Shown in pieces: positions 13,381-24,721 of a DNA stretch of 64,000 nt. The notes beneath the pieces are model-generated. The model was not told the origin of the DNA, searched no databases, and saw nothing but the letters and a program-made list of their open reading frames with translations. Within the stretch, counting starts at the first letter, position 1. Each line of letters opens with the position of its first letter. The DNA is from Anaeramoeba ignava BMAN. Lineage: Eukaryota; Protista; Anaeramoebae. Made by a program: the position numbers and the translations under genes. The stretch covers positions 16,789 to 80,788 of the forward strand of contig JAPDFW010000016.1 of the NCBI GenBank assembly GCA_028826165.1. Direction: 5' to 3'.

Positions 13381-13484
13381 AAGAAAGAAAAAAGAAATTT
13401 TTTTTTAATTTTTTTAATTTTTCATTTTTTTCATTTTTCATTTTTCTTTTTTCTTTTATTATTAAATTTAGAATTAAATTAAAA

Positions 13485-16400
13485 ATGAGAAAAAGAACTC
13501 AAAGAGAAAAGAATCGCTTTATTGAAGTTGATTTAGAAAAAGATCAACCAACAACCAAATTCAATAAAACAGAAATCAACAAAAAATCTAATAATCTTAT
13601 TCTTTTTGAAAATAAAAACGAATTATTAAAAAAATATGAAAAAGATTTGCAATTTAATCAAGACATCTCAAGTTCAGATTCTGAAGATGACGAAATTGAA
13701 ATTGACGATAGATATAATAACATGATTCAAGCAGTTTCTAATTCTCAAAAAAAAACAAAACCTGAAATTAAAACAGAATTTTTTAAAGAAGGAGAATTTA
13801 ATAAAGAACGTAAATAAAATAAAATCAATTTAAAAAAAAAAAAATTCTTATTCTAATAAATTTTTCTTAAAAATATAAATTATTATAATTAAGACCAAAA
13901 TAAACTTTCAATTGAACAACTTGCAACGGCAATTAAAGGAGACCAATTTGGAAAATTGAAAAAAAATATCAATTTTGTCACAAAAAATCCTTTAGATACA
14001 CCTTTAACAGACCAAGAAAAAAATAAACTGGAAAGAGTGAGTGGATACAAAATTGTTAGCAAAGAAATTAGTAAATGGCAACCAATTGTTAAAAAAAATC
14101 GAGAAAGTCAACAACTACATTTTCCACTTGAAAAACCAATTATTGAAAAACCCCTTTTAAGTGATTTATCAAAAAATACTTCCCAAAAAACTCATATGGA
14201 AACTGAAATTGATAAAATTCTTGAAGAATCTGGCGTTTTAAATCAAGACGAACTAGATCAAGATTATAATGAAAATTCGCCGGATTTTGGATTGAATGAA
14301 AATGAAATTAATGATAATGATAATTTAAATCCAAAAAATACAAAAAAAACCAAAAAAAATAACAAACTCAATCGAAATGATGAGTTTTCTGAATTGAAGA
14401 AAAAGGAATTGGAAGACCAAGAAAGCAAACTTGCAAAAATTCGCCATCTAATGTCTTATCATGCGCAAAAAGCAAAAAGACAAAAGAAAATCAAATCCAA
14501 AAAATATCGAAAAATATTACGAATGGAAAAGGAAAAAAATAAACTAACAATTGAAGAATTGGAAAAAATTGATCCAAATTTAGCAGAAAAAGAACGACAA
14601 AAATTGGAGAAAAAAAGAGCGTTAGAAAGAATTACTTTGAAACACAATAATATCACAAAATGGGCAAAAAACGCAAAAAGATTTGGAAAACATGATCCAA
14701 GTGTTAGAAAAGCCATTCAAGAACAACTTACTATGAACAAGAAAATTCTTGAAAAAATTGAAAATTCAAATCAAGATGAAGATGATGAAGAAGATGATGA
14801 AAATGAAGATGAAAATGAAAATGAAAATGAAAATTTAAATGATCAAAATAGTGAAGAATCAGAAACAAAAAAAGGGTTAATGGGTTTGAAATTTATGCAA
14901 AGAGCAATGCAAAAAAAGAAAGAAGAATATCAAGAAATGATCAATCAAGAAAATGGAGTTAATCAAGATGAACAATTTTCAGGAAGAATGATATTTGGGA
15001 AAAAATCAGAAATCAATCCAATTGATAGCGATATTAAAAACAAAGAAACTGGATGGGAAGGAATAGAAGAAATTAATCGAAGTCGAATTGTTGTTAATGG
15101 ACCAGTTAATATAATAAACAAAAAAGAATCAAATGGAAAAAGTTCACTTGAATTATTTGAAGTTTTGCCAGTTCAACATCCAGAAGAAAATTTGAATGAA
15201 AATCAAAATGAAAATTTTAATGAAAATCAAATTGAAAATGAAAGTGAAAATGAATCTAATCCATGGATTGATTTTAATTCTCAAAAAAATCAAAATAAAG
15301 ACCAAATTACAAAACATATCAAAAAAGAACACAAAAAATCAAAAGTAGAAGATGATGTTATTAATGTTCAAGATTTGGATGAAAATATTTTAATTAAAAA
15401 AAATCAATCTGAAATGAATTTAGAAAATTTAAATTCAGTTCAAAAGGAAATTGTTCAAAAAGCTTTTCCAGCTGAAGATTTTGAAGCTGAATTTGAAAGG
15501 GAAAAAAGAGAAGAGATTGAAAAGCAAGTTAATAAAGAACTTGGAGAAGAAATGAAAGCATTAGAAGGAGTTCCTGGTTGGGTATTAAATTTTAAATTGA
15601 AATTAAATTAAATTAAATTGAAATTAAATTAAATTAAATTGAAATTAAATTAAATTGAATTGAAATTAAATTAAATTGAATTAAATTGAATTAAATTAAA
15701 TTAAATTTTGGATTAAATATTGAATTAAATTAAATTAAATTGAAATTAAATTATATTAAATTAAATTATATTGAATTAAATTGAATTTAAATTAAATTAA
15801 ATTGAATTAAATTGAATTAAATTAAATTGAATTAAATTGAATTAAAATTATATTTTGGATTGAATATTGAAATTAAATTAAAATTAAATTTTGGATTGAA
15901 TATTGAATATTAAATTAAATTAAATTTAAATTAAATTTTGGATTGAATATTGATTTAAATTGAATTAAATTAAATTAAATTAAATTGAAATTAAATTAAA
16001 TTAAATTGAATTGAATTAAATTAAATTGAAATTAAATTGAATTAAATTGAATTAAATTGGATTAAATTAAATTGAATTTAAATTAAATTGGATTAAATAG
16101 AAATTAAATTGAATATTGAATTGGATTAAATTGGATTAAATTGAATTAAAATTAAATTAAATTGAAATTAAATTAAATTGAATTAAATTGAATTAAATTG
16201 GATTAAATATTGGATTAAATTGGATTAAATTGGATTAAATTGAATATTGAATTGAAATTAAATTAAATTAAATTGAATTGAATTAAAATTATGGATTGAA
16301 TTAAAATTATGAATTAAATTAAAATTAAATTAAATTAAATTAAATTGAAATTAAATTAAATTAAATTAAATTTGAAATTATATTGAATTAAATTGAATTA

Positions 16401-17057
16401 AATTAAATTTGAAATTAATTTATATTGAATTAAATTAAATTTGAAATTAATTTATATTGAATTAAATTAAATTTGGAATTAATTTATATTGAATTAAATT
16501 AAATTTGGAATTAATTTATATTGAATTAAATTGAATTGAATTAAATTAAATTAAATTGAAATTAAATTTTGGATTGAATATTGTATTAAATTAAATTAAA
16601 TTAAATTAATTTAAATTAGGGACAATGGAGTGGATTAGGTGTTAAAATTGATCCTAAAAAAGTAGAAGAAATTGAAAGAAAAAGAAAAGAAAAATACCAA
16701 GAATTACTCAAGAAATATTTATCAGAAAGAAAAGATAGTAAACTTCGATCAGTTATTTTAAATAATAAAGAAATGAGAAAAAGTAAAAAATATTTAGTTG
16801 AATCAGTTCCATTTCCATTTCAAACAAAAGAACAATATGAAACATCACTTAGAGTACCTATTGGTAAAGAATGGAATACAGAAACTATGCATGATAAGTT
16901 TATTCAACCAAATATTGTTACTGAATTGGGAGCAAGAATTGATCCAATTCAATTTTCTATGGTTCAAAAAGAATTAAGAAGAAAACAAGAAATTCAAGAA
17001 CAAAAAAGAATGAGAAGACCTCTTGCAAATACTTCATATGATGTCTTAATAAAATGA
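13485..17057 (+). CDS. UTP14: U3 snoRNA-associated protein 14 (SSU processome); exons 13485-13809, 13894-15581, 16620-17057
   Basis: Motifs SKWQPIVKKNRE, KRQKKIKSKKYRK, RALERITLKH, spliced PGW|GQWSG and VPFPFQTKEQYETSLRVPIGKEWN; GT-AG introns keep the frame. Confidence 0.92.
15582..16619. repeat. UTP14 intron 2 filled with AAATT/GAATT pentamer repeats
   Basis: GT at 15582, AG ending at 16619; simple repeat between. Confidence 0.85.
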
Positions 17058-17572
17058 TTTTTAAATATTTGATTTAGCGAAAAAAATCAAAAAAAAAAAG
17101 AAGAAAAAGGAAAAAAAAATTTTTTTTTTTAGATCATTTGAGAATTTTTTTCAAATAGAATTTTTAAATAAAAAATCAAAACAATATTTCAAATTTTAAT
17201 TTTGATTTTGATTTTAATTTTGATTTTAATTTTAATTTTGATTTTGATTTTAATTTGAATTTTAATTTGAATTTTTAATTTTAATTTTAATTTTGATTTT
17301 AATTTGAATTTTAATTTGGAATTTTATTTTAAATTTAATTTTAATTTTAATTTTAGATTTGGATTTTGGATTTGGATTTTAATTTTAATTTGAATTTTGA
17401 TTTTAATTTTAATTTCAATTTTGGATTTGGATTTTGGATTTGGATTTTGGAATTTTTTAAAAAATACATCATTTTTCTTTTTTCATTTTTCATTTTTCAT
17501 TTTTCATTTTCATTTTTCATTTTCATTTTTATTTTTTTTCATTTTCATTTTTTAAATTTTTTTAAAACAAAA

Positions 17573-18877
17573 ATGACTAAAATAGCATTTTTACATCCAG
17601 AATTACGTATTGGAGGAGCAGAAAGATTAGTTATTGACGCAGCACAAGGATTACAAAAAGAAGGATATAAAATTGAAATGTTCACATCACATTTAGACAA
17701 AAAAAACTGCTACAAAGAAGTGCGAGACGGCACATTAGCAGTACACAAATATGGAAGTTGGATCCCAAGACAAATATTTGGAAAATTCCAAACATTTTTA
17801 GCAATAATAAGAGCAATTTATTTATCAATCATAGTTGTTTTTTCTTCTTGGTTTTCAAAAAAAAAACGTTTTGATTTCTATTTTTGTGATCAAGTTTCCG
17901 TTTATATTCCGTTACTTAGATTGACTGGCAAAAAAATCATTTTTTATTGTCATTTTCCCGATTTGTTATTGACTCAATCAAGAGATGGAATTTTCAAAAA
18001 AATTTACCGTTTTCCTCTTGATTTGTTGGAAAAAATTTGTATCAAGTTTGCTCATGTTATTTTGGTCAATAGCAAATTCACAAAATCAAAATTCCAAGAG
18101 GTTTTTACTTCCTCAAAAAAAATTCCTCAAGTTCTTTATCCTTCAATCAATTTAAAAGCTTATGAATCAAAAAAATTGAATGAAAATCAAAATGAAAAAA
18201 ATCAAAATGAAAAAAATCAAAATGAAAAAATCCAAAATTTAAAATCAAAAATTCCCAAAAATGCAAAAGTTGTTTTATCAATTAACAGATTTGAAAGGAA
18301 AAAAAATATCACTCTTGCTTTGAATGCCTTTTCTCTTGTTCAGCAAAAAAAGGAACAAGAAAAAATCAACCAAGATTTTATGCTTATAATTGCTGGAGGA
18401 TTTGACAAAAAAATCAAGGAAAATGTGGAATATTTAAAGGAGCTCGAAGAATTAGCAGAAAAAAACGGGATAAAAGAAAGTATCTTGTTTGTACCATCAT
18501 TCACAGAAGAAGAGAGATCATTTCTACTGTCTAGAAGTTGCTGTGTTGTCTACACACCTTCAAATGAACATTTTGGAATAGTCCCACTTGAGGCCATGTT
18601 TGCTGGTTGTCCTGTTGTTGGCGTCAATTCAGGTGGCCCTTTGGAGACAATAATCGATGGCGAAACAGGTTTTCTTAGTCAGCCTGATCCAAAAGACTTT
18701 AGTCAAAAGCTTTGGAAAATTTTAACTGATGACGACTTAAGAAATCAAATGAAATCAAAAGGTCCAGATCATGTCAGACAAAATTTTTCATTGGAGATCT
18801 TTTCTCAAAAATTATCTAATATTATTAAAGATATGATCCAAAACCAAAAATCAGAAAAGAAAAAAAAGCAAAAGTGA
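17573..18877 (+). CDS. ALG2: Alpha-1,3/1,6-mannosyltransferase (GT4)
   Basis: MTKIAFLHPELRIGGAERLVIDAA, FYCHFPDLLL, LSINRFERKKN, YTPSNEHFGIVPLEAM, NSGGPLET; true start at 17573 because the upstream ORF extension is low-complexity. Confidence 0.95.
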   Translation: MTKIAFLHPELRIGGAERLVIDAAQGLQKEGYKIEMFTSHLDKKNCYKEVRDGTLAVHKYGSWIPRQIFGKFQTFLAIIRAIYLSIIVVFSSWFSKKKRFDFYFCDQVSVYIPLLRLTGKKIIFYCHFPDLLLTQSRDGIFKKIYRFPLDLLEKICIKFAHVILVNSKFTKSKFQEVFTSSKKIPQVLYPSINLKAYESKKLNENQNEKNQNEKNQNEKIQNLKSKIPKNAKVVLSINRFERKKNITLALNAFSLVQQKKEQEKINQDFMLIIAGGFDKKIKENVEYLKELEELAEKNGIKESILFVPSFTEEERSFLLSRSCCVVYTPSNEHFGIVPLEAMFAGCPVVGVNSGGPLETIIDGETGFLSQPDPKDFSQKLWKILTDDDLRNQMKSKGPDHVRQNFSLEIFSQKLSNIIKDMIQNQKSEKKKKQK

Positions 18878-18930
18878 AAAAAATTCTTTTTTATTTCAAT
18901 CTCTAATTTTTATTTCCCAAAAAATTCAAA

Positions 18931-19471
18931 ATAAAAAAACAGAAATTTATTTAAAATATTTGAACCATAACAAGAAAATAATCAAATCTAAATTGAATTA
19001 AGACATATTAATCAAAAATTTAAAATTCCAAATATTAAAAAGATTCCATATAAAAATGTTGTTTCTTTTTGTTCAAGAAAACTTAATCTTGAAGAAAATC
19101 AAATTTATTTTTTAAATCAAAATATTCCAATTAAAGAAAAAGAAATTTTTTATGAATCAATAAATGAAATTGAATCATCAATTTTTTTTCCTGATAAAAC
19201 AATATTATTGAGTTTGATAATTTTGCAACTTAGAGTTAAACTTTCAAATTTTAATCCTTATCCTTATGGATATTTTGATAAAAAAGATGATTATGATATT
19301 TTCCCAAAACTTTTTCAAAAATTTAAATATTTTTGTAATGATTCTAATTTTAATTCTAATAGAATTTAATGAAGAATTAAAGATTCTAAAAATGTTAAAG
19401 TTTATGGAATTTTAACAAGAATAATTAAATTAAAAGAATTAAAAGAATGGTTTAAACAAATTGAATGGTGA
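18931..19471 (+). pseudogene. Degenerate remnant of the ART-family gene (5' end joined directly to the 3' end)
   Basis: ATA replaces ATG and there are in-frame stops; 18931-~19168 matches the family N-terminus and ~19180-19471 matches the C-terminus (LQLRVKLSNFNPYPYG...KQIEW*). Confidence 0.85.
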
Positions 19472-19679
19472 TCAATTTAAAAAATAATTGATCATTTTTT
19501 CTTTTTTTCAAAATTATTTACTAAAATAAAAACATTAGGAAAAAAAATTTTAATAACAAAACCATTAATTATTTTTATTTTTCCGATTTTTTTTCCTGTT
19601 TTTTGGATTAAAAGAAAATGGATCAGAAACGAAAATTTCTTTTTTCATTTCAATTTTTTTTTTATTAAAAAAACACAAA

Positions 19680-22163
19680 ATGAAAAACACAAATTTATTT
19701 AAAATGTTTGAATCAAAACAAGAAAATAATCAAATCCAAATTGAATTAAGACATATTAATCAAAAATTTAAAATTCCAAATATTAAAACAATTTCATATA
19801 AAAATGCTGTTTCCTTTTGTTCAAGAAAACTTAATCTTGAAGAAAATCAAATTTATTTTTTAAATCAAAATATTCCAATTAAAGAAAAAGAAATTTTTTA
19901 TGAATCAATAAATGAAAGTATTCAAAAATTAACAGAACAAAGTCGAAAAATATGTAATAATTATTATATTATTGATGTTGTAAAACCAGATAAATTTCAA
20001 GAAAAATTAAAAAAACAAGAAGAAAGAATAAATCAAGAACAAGAAAGATTAAGAAAACAAAAAGAAAATCAAGAAGAAGAAAGAATCAGAAGAGAAAAAG
20101 AAGAATTAGAAGAAGAAAGATTAAGAAGACAAGAAGAAGAAGAAGAAAAAGAAAGGAAAAGAAAGGAAGAACAAGAAAGAAGAAGAAAAAAAAAAGAAGA
20201 AGAAAGGATAAGAAAAGAACAAGAACAAGAAAGAATTAGAAAAGAAGAGGAAGAAGAAGAAGAAAAAGAAAGAAAAAGAAGACAAAAAGAGAAAAGAAGA
20301 AAAAAAAGAGAAAAAGAAGAAAGAATAAGAAAACAAAAAGAAGAAGAAGAAGAAGAAAGGATAAGAAAAGAACAAGAAGAAGAAAGGAAAAGAAAACAAA
20401 AAGAGAAAAGAAAAAAACAAAAAGAACAAGAAAGAATAAGAATAAGAGAACAAGAAGAAGAAGAAGAAAGGATAAGAAAAGAAGAAGAAGAAGAAAGAAT
20501 AAGAAAACAAAAAGAGAAAAGAAGAAAACAAAGAGAACAAGAAAGAATAAGAGAACAAAAAGAAAGAGAACAAGAGGAAAAAGAAAGAATAAAAAAAAGA
20601 GAAAAGATTAAAGATTTAAATCAAAAAACCAAAGGAATTGTTGAATTTAGATTGATTGATTATGATGAATATCAAAAATTATCAAATTTAAATTATGGTG
20701 GAATTGAAATTAAATTTTCATTTAAAAATCAAAAATATTCAATATTCCAAGCTGAAAATTGGTTAAAAGAAGATTCAATTAAATTTTGTTCTGAAAAATT
20801 TGAAATTTCAAGATCAAGAATTAATTTAGTTTATAATGAATTTGTTATTCCAAATTTTGATTATTTATTGGATGGAATAAACAAAATAAATTCATTTTTA
20901 AATCAACCTGAAAATAACAGAAACAATATAATCTCAGTTGATGTTATTGATATAGTTGATTATAATTTTATTCCTTATTTTAATAATCAAGATAAATTTT
21001 ATAAAATTGAAAAAATTCAACTTCCAAAAAAAAATCAATCAAATTGTGAAACAATCCCAATTCGAATTAATAAATCAATTAAAAATCAAAAAGAAATCAA
21101 AGAAAATATTACAATTAAAATTGAAGAAGATACATTTTCAGAAACAAAGGGAATTCAAATTATTTTTATGAAAGAAAAGAATAATAAGAAAAAAAAGAAA
21201 AAAAAGAAAAAAGATAAACAAGAAATTGAAGAAAATCCAATGAAATATCCATTTGATATATCAACAAAAAACAAAGAACAACCAAAAAAGCCAGTTGAAA
21301 TAATATTTGAACCAAAAACATTTGAAATTGAAGAAGGAAATATATTAAGTTTATTTCATTATAATGAAGAAAAAAAAGAATGGGAAGAAGAAGAAGAAAA
21401 TATTTATATTAATACTGAAACTCGAAAATTAAAAGTTGTTTTAAATCATTTTAGTATCCATTATGTTAAAGAAATTAAACCTCCCAAAATTGATTTAGAT
21501 GAAAAATTATTTGATCCAAATTGGAATGTATCTTGGTCAGAAAATTATAATCGCCAAGAATTTAGAGGAGGAATGCCTTATTATGTTGCTCGAGGATTTC
21601 AAAGAAAGGCATTATTAGTACCAGATTTTTATAAATATGAAGATTGGTGTGTAGCTTTTCATGGAACATGTTATAAAGTACTTGATCCAATTGTTGGAAA
21701 AAAAGAAGGATTAAAAGCAACTGATAGAACTTGGGGATATGGAGTTTATTGTTCACCAAGTTATAAATATGCATCAATTTATGGAATTGGAGCTCATTTT
21801 GATGAAGATCAAAATTTATGGGTTTATCCAAGACATAGTTGGATTCTCAATTTTCTTCCTGATAAAAAACCTGATGAAACAGAAATTACTCTTTTAATTT
21901 TGCAACTTAGAGTTAAACTTTCAAATTTTAATCCTTATCCTTATGGATATTATGCTAATAAAAATGATTATGATATTTTCCCAGAAACTTGGCAATATTC
22001 TATGTTTAATAAATTTAGATATTGTTGTAATGATCCTCATGTTGATTCTAAAGAAATTGAATGGAGAATTAAAGATCCTAAAAATATTAAAGTTTATGGA
22101 ATTTTAACAAGAACAATTAAATTAAAAGAATTAAAAGAATGGATTAAACAAATTGAATGGTGA
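19680..22163 (+). CDS. Tandem family copy A: Ubl-like / E-R-K helix / Ubl-like / ZU5-like HFS / NEURL4-type ADP-ribosyltransferase
   Basis: 827 aa; ART motifs WCVAFHGT, GVYCSPSYKYASIY, LQLRVK, EIEW, VYGIL; VVLNHFS with HFS at 21447-21455. Confidence 0.75.
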   Translation: MKNTNLFKMFESKQENNQIQIELRHINQKFKIPNIKTISYKNAVSFCSRKLNLEENQIYFLNQNIPIKEKEIFYESINESIQKLTEQSRKICNNYYIIDVVKPDKFQEKLKKQEERINQEQERLRKQKENQEEERIRREKEELEEERLRRQEEEEEKERKRKEEQERRRKKKEEERIRKEQEQERIRKEEEEEEEKERKRRQKEKRRKKREKEERIRKQKEEEEEERIRKEQEEERKRKQKEKRKKQKEQERIRIREQEEEEERIRKEEEEERIRKQKEKRRKQREQERIREQKEREQEEKERIKKREKIKDLNQKTKGIVEFRLIDYDEYQKLSNLNYGGIEIKFSFKNQKYSIFQAENWLKEDSIKFCSEKFEISRSRINLVYNEFVIPNFDYLLDGINKINSFLNQPENNRNNIISVDVIDIVDYNFIPYFNNQDKFYKIEKIQLPKKNQSNCETIPIRINKSIKNQKEIKENITIKIEEDTFSETKGIQIIFMKEKNNKKKKKKKKKDKQEIEENPMKYPFDISTKNKEQPKKPVEIIFEPKTFEIEEGNILSLFHYNEEKKEWEEEEENIYINTETRKLKVVLNHFSIHYVKEIKPPKIDLDEKLFDPNWNVSWSENYNRQEFRGGMPYYVARGFQRKALLVPDFYKYEDWCVAFHGTCYKVLDPIVGKKEGLKATDRTWGYGVYCSPSYKYASIYGIGAHFDEDQNLWVYPRHSWILNFLPDKKPDETEITLLILQLRVKLSNFNPYPYGYYANKNDYDIFPETWQYSMFNKFRYCCNDPHVDSKEIEWRIKDPKNIKVYGILTRTIKLKELKEWIKQIEW

Positions 22164-22418
22164 TCAATTTAAAAAATAATTGATTATTTTTTCTTTTTTT
22201 CAAAATTATTTCCTAAAATAAAAACATTAGGAAAAAACAATTTTCTTTTTTTCCTTTTATTTTTATATTTTTAAATTCAAAAAAAAATTGAATAACAAAA
22301 CCATTAATTATTTTTATTTTTCCGATTTTTTTTCCTGTTTTTTGGATTAAAAGAAAATGGATCAGAAACGAAAATTTCTTTTTTCATTTCAATTTTTTTT
22401 TTATTAAAAAAACACAAA

Positions 22419-24314
22419 ATGAAAAACACAAATTTATTTAAAATGTTTGAATCAAAACAACAAAATAATCAAATCCAAATTGAATTAAGACATATTAATC
22501 AAAAATTTAAAATTCCAAATATTAAAACAATTTCATATAAAAATGCTGTTTCCTTTTGTTCAAGAAAACTTAATCTTGAAGAAAATCAAATTTATTTTTT
22601 AAATCAAAATATTCCAATTAAAGAAAAAGAAATTTTTTATGAATCAATAGATGAAAGTATTCAAAAATTAACAGAACAAAGTCGAAAAATATGTAATAAT
22701 TATTATATTATTGATGTTGTAAAACCAGATAAATTTCAAGAAGAATTACAAAGAGAAGAAAAAAGAATAAGAGAAAGAACAAGAAAGGAAAAAAAAGAGA
22801 AGAAAGAACAAGAACAAGAAGAAGAAGAAGAAAGGAAAAAAAAAAGAGAAGAAAGAAGAAAACAAAGAGAAGAAGAAAGGAAAAGAAAACAAAAAGAAAG
22901 AGAAGAAAGAATAAGAGAACAAGAGGAAGAAGAAGAAAGGATAAGAAGAAAAGAAGAAGAAGAAAGGAAAAGAAAAAAAGAAGAAAGAAGAAAACAAAGA
23001 GAAGAAGAAAGGAAAAGAAAACAAAAAGAAAGAGAAGAAAGAATAAGAGAACAAGAGGAAGAAGAAGAAAGGATAAGAAGAAAAGAAGAAAGAGAAAGGA
23101 AAAGAGAAAAAAAAGAGAAAAGAAGAAAACAAAGAGAAGAAGAAAGAATAAGAGAAAAAGAAGAAAGAAGAAGAAGAGAACAAGAAGAAGAAAATAAGAA
23201 AAAGCTAAAGATTTAAATCAAAAAACCAAAGGAATTGTTGAATTTAGATTGGTTGATTATGATGAATATCAAATTTAAATTATGGTGGAATTGAAATTAA
23301 ATTTTCATTTAAAAATCAAAAATATTCAATATTCCAAGCTGAAAATTGGTTAAAAGAAGATTCAATTAAATTTTTTTCTGAAAAATTTGAAATTTCAAGA
23401 TCAAGAATTAATTTAGTTTATAATGAATTTTTTATTCCAAATTTTGATTATTTATTGGATGGAATAAACAAAATTAATTCATTTTTAAATTTTTTAAATA
23501 ACAAAAACAATATAATTTCAGTTTATTTCATTACAATGAAGAAAAAAAAGAATGGGAAGAAGAAGAAGAAAATATTTATATTAATACTGAAACTCGAAAA
23601 TTAAAAGTTGTTTTAAATCATTTTAGTATCCATTATGTTAAAGAAATTAAACCTCCCAAAATTGATTTAGATGAAAAATTATTTGATCCAAATTGGAATG
23701 TATCTTGGTCAGAAAATTATAATCGCCAAGAATTTAGAGGAGGAATGCCTTATTATGCTGCTCGAGGATTTCAAAGAAAGGCATTACTAGTACCAGATTT
23801 TTATAAATATGAAGGTTGGTGTGTAGCTTTTCATGGAACATGTTATAAAGTACTTAATCCAATTGTTGGAAAAAAAGAAGGATTAAAAGCAACTGATAGA
23901 ACTTGGGGATATGGAGTTTATTGTTCACCAAGTTATAAATATGCATCAATTTATGGAATTGGAGCTCATTTTGATGAAGATCAAAATTTATGGGTTTATC
24001 CAAGACATAGTTGGATTCTTAATTTTCTTCCTGATAAAAAACCTGATGAAACAGAAATTACTCTTTTAATTTTGCAACTTAGAGTTAAACTTTCAAATTT
24101 TAATCCTTATCCTTATGGAAGTAATGCTAATAAAGATGATTATGATATTTTCCCAGAAACTTTTTCAAACACTGGATATTGTTGTAATGATCGTAATTTT
24201 AATTCTAATGAAATTTTATGGAGAATTAAAGATCCTAAAAATGTTAAAGTTTATGGAATTTTAACAAAAACAATTAAATTAAAAGAATTAAAAGAATGGA
24301 TTAAACAAATTTAA
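22419..24314 (+). pseudogene. Tandem family copy B, disrupted (frameshifts, internal deletion, EIEW->EILW)
   Basis: First ORF ends at 23216 after a frameshift; small deletion near 23270; large deletion near 23520 removes most of the ZU5-like region; ART part 23745-24314 stays open but lacks the putative catalytic Glu. Confidence 0.8.
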
Positions 24315-24721
24315 TGTTGATCAATTTAAAAAATAATTGATTATTTTTTCTTTTTTTTTTTAAATTCGAAGAGCAATTTAATAACAAAATCATTCTTTAT
24401 TTCTATTTTTCTTTTTATTTTAATTTCGAAAAGCAATTTAATAACAAAATCATTCTTTATTTCTATTTTTCCTTTTTTCTTTTTATTTTTCCTTTTTTCT
24501 TTTTATTTTTTAATTAATTTTTTTTTATTTTTCCGGTTTTTATTTCTTTTTTTATTTTGAAAAAAAAAAATAATTTATCCACTTTTTTTATTTTCATTTT
24601 TTTATTTTTTTTTAAACATACAAAATACAAATTAAAACACAAATAAAAACACAAATTAAAATACAAATAAAAAACACAAATCAAAAACACACATCAAAAA
24701 CACAAATTAAAAAAACACAAA

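Noticed and set aside
17366-17572. N-terminal extension of the ALG2 ORF
   Set aside because: Low-complexity promoter/UTR sequence with a non-ATG start; homology begins at MTKIAF (17573)
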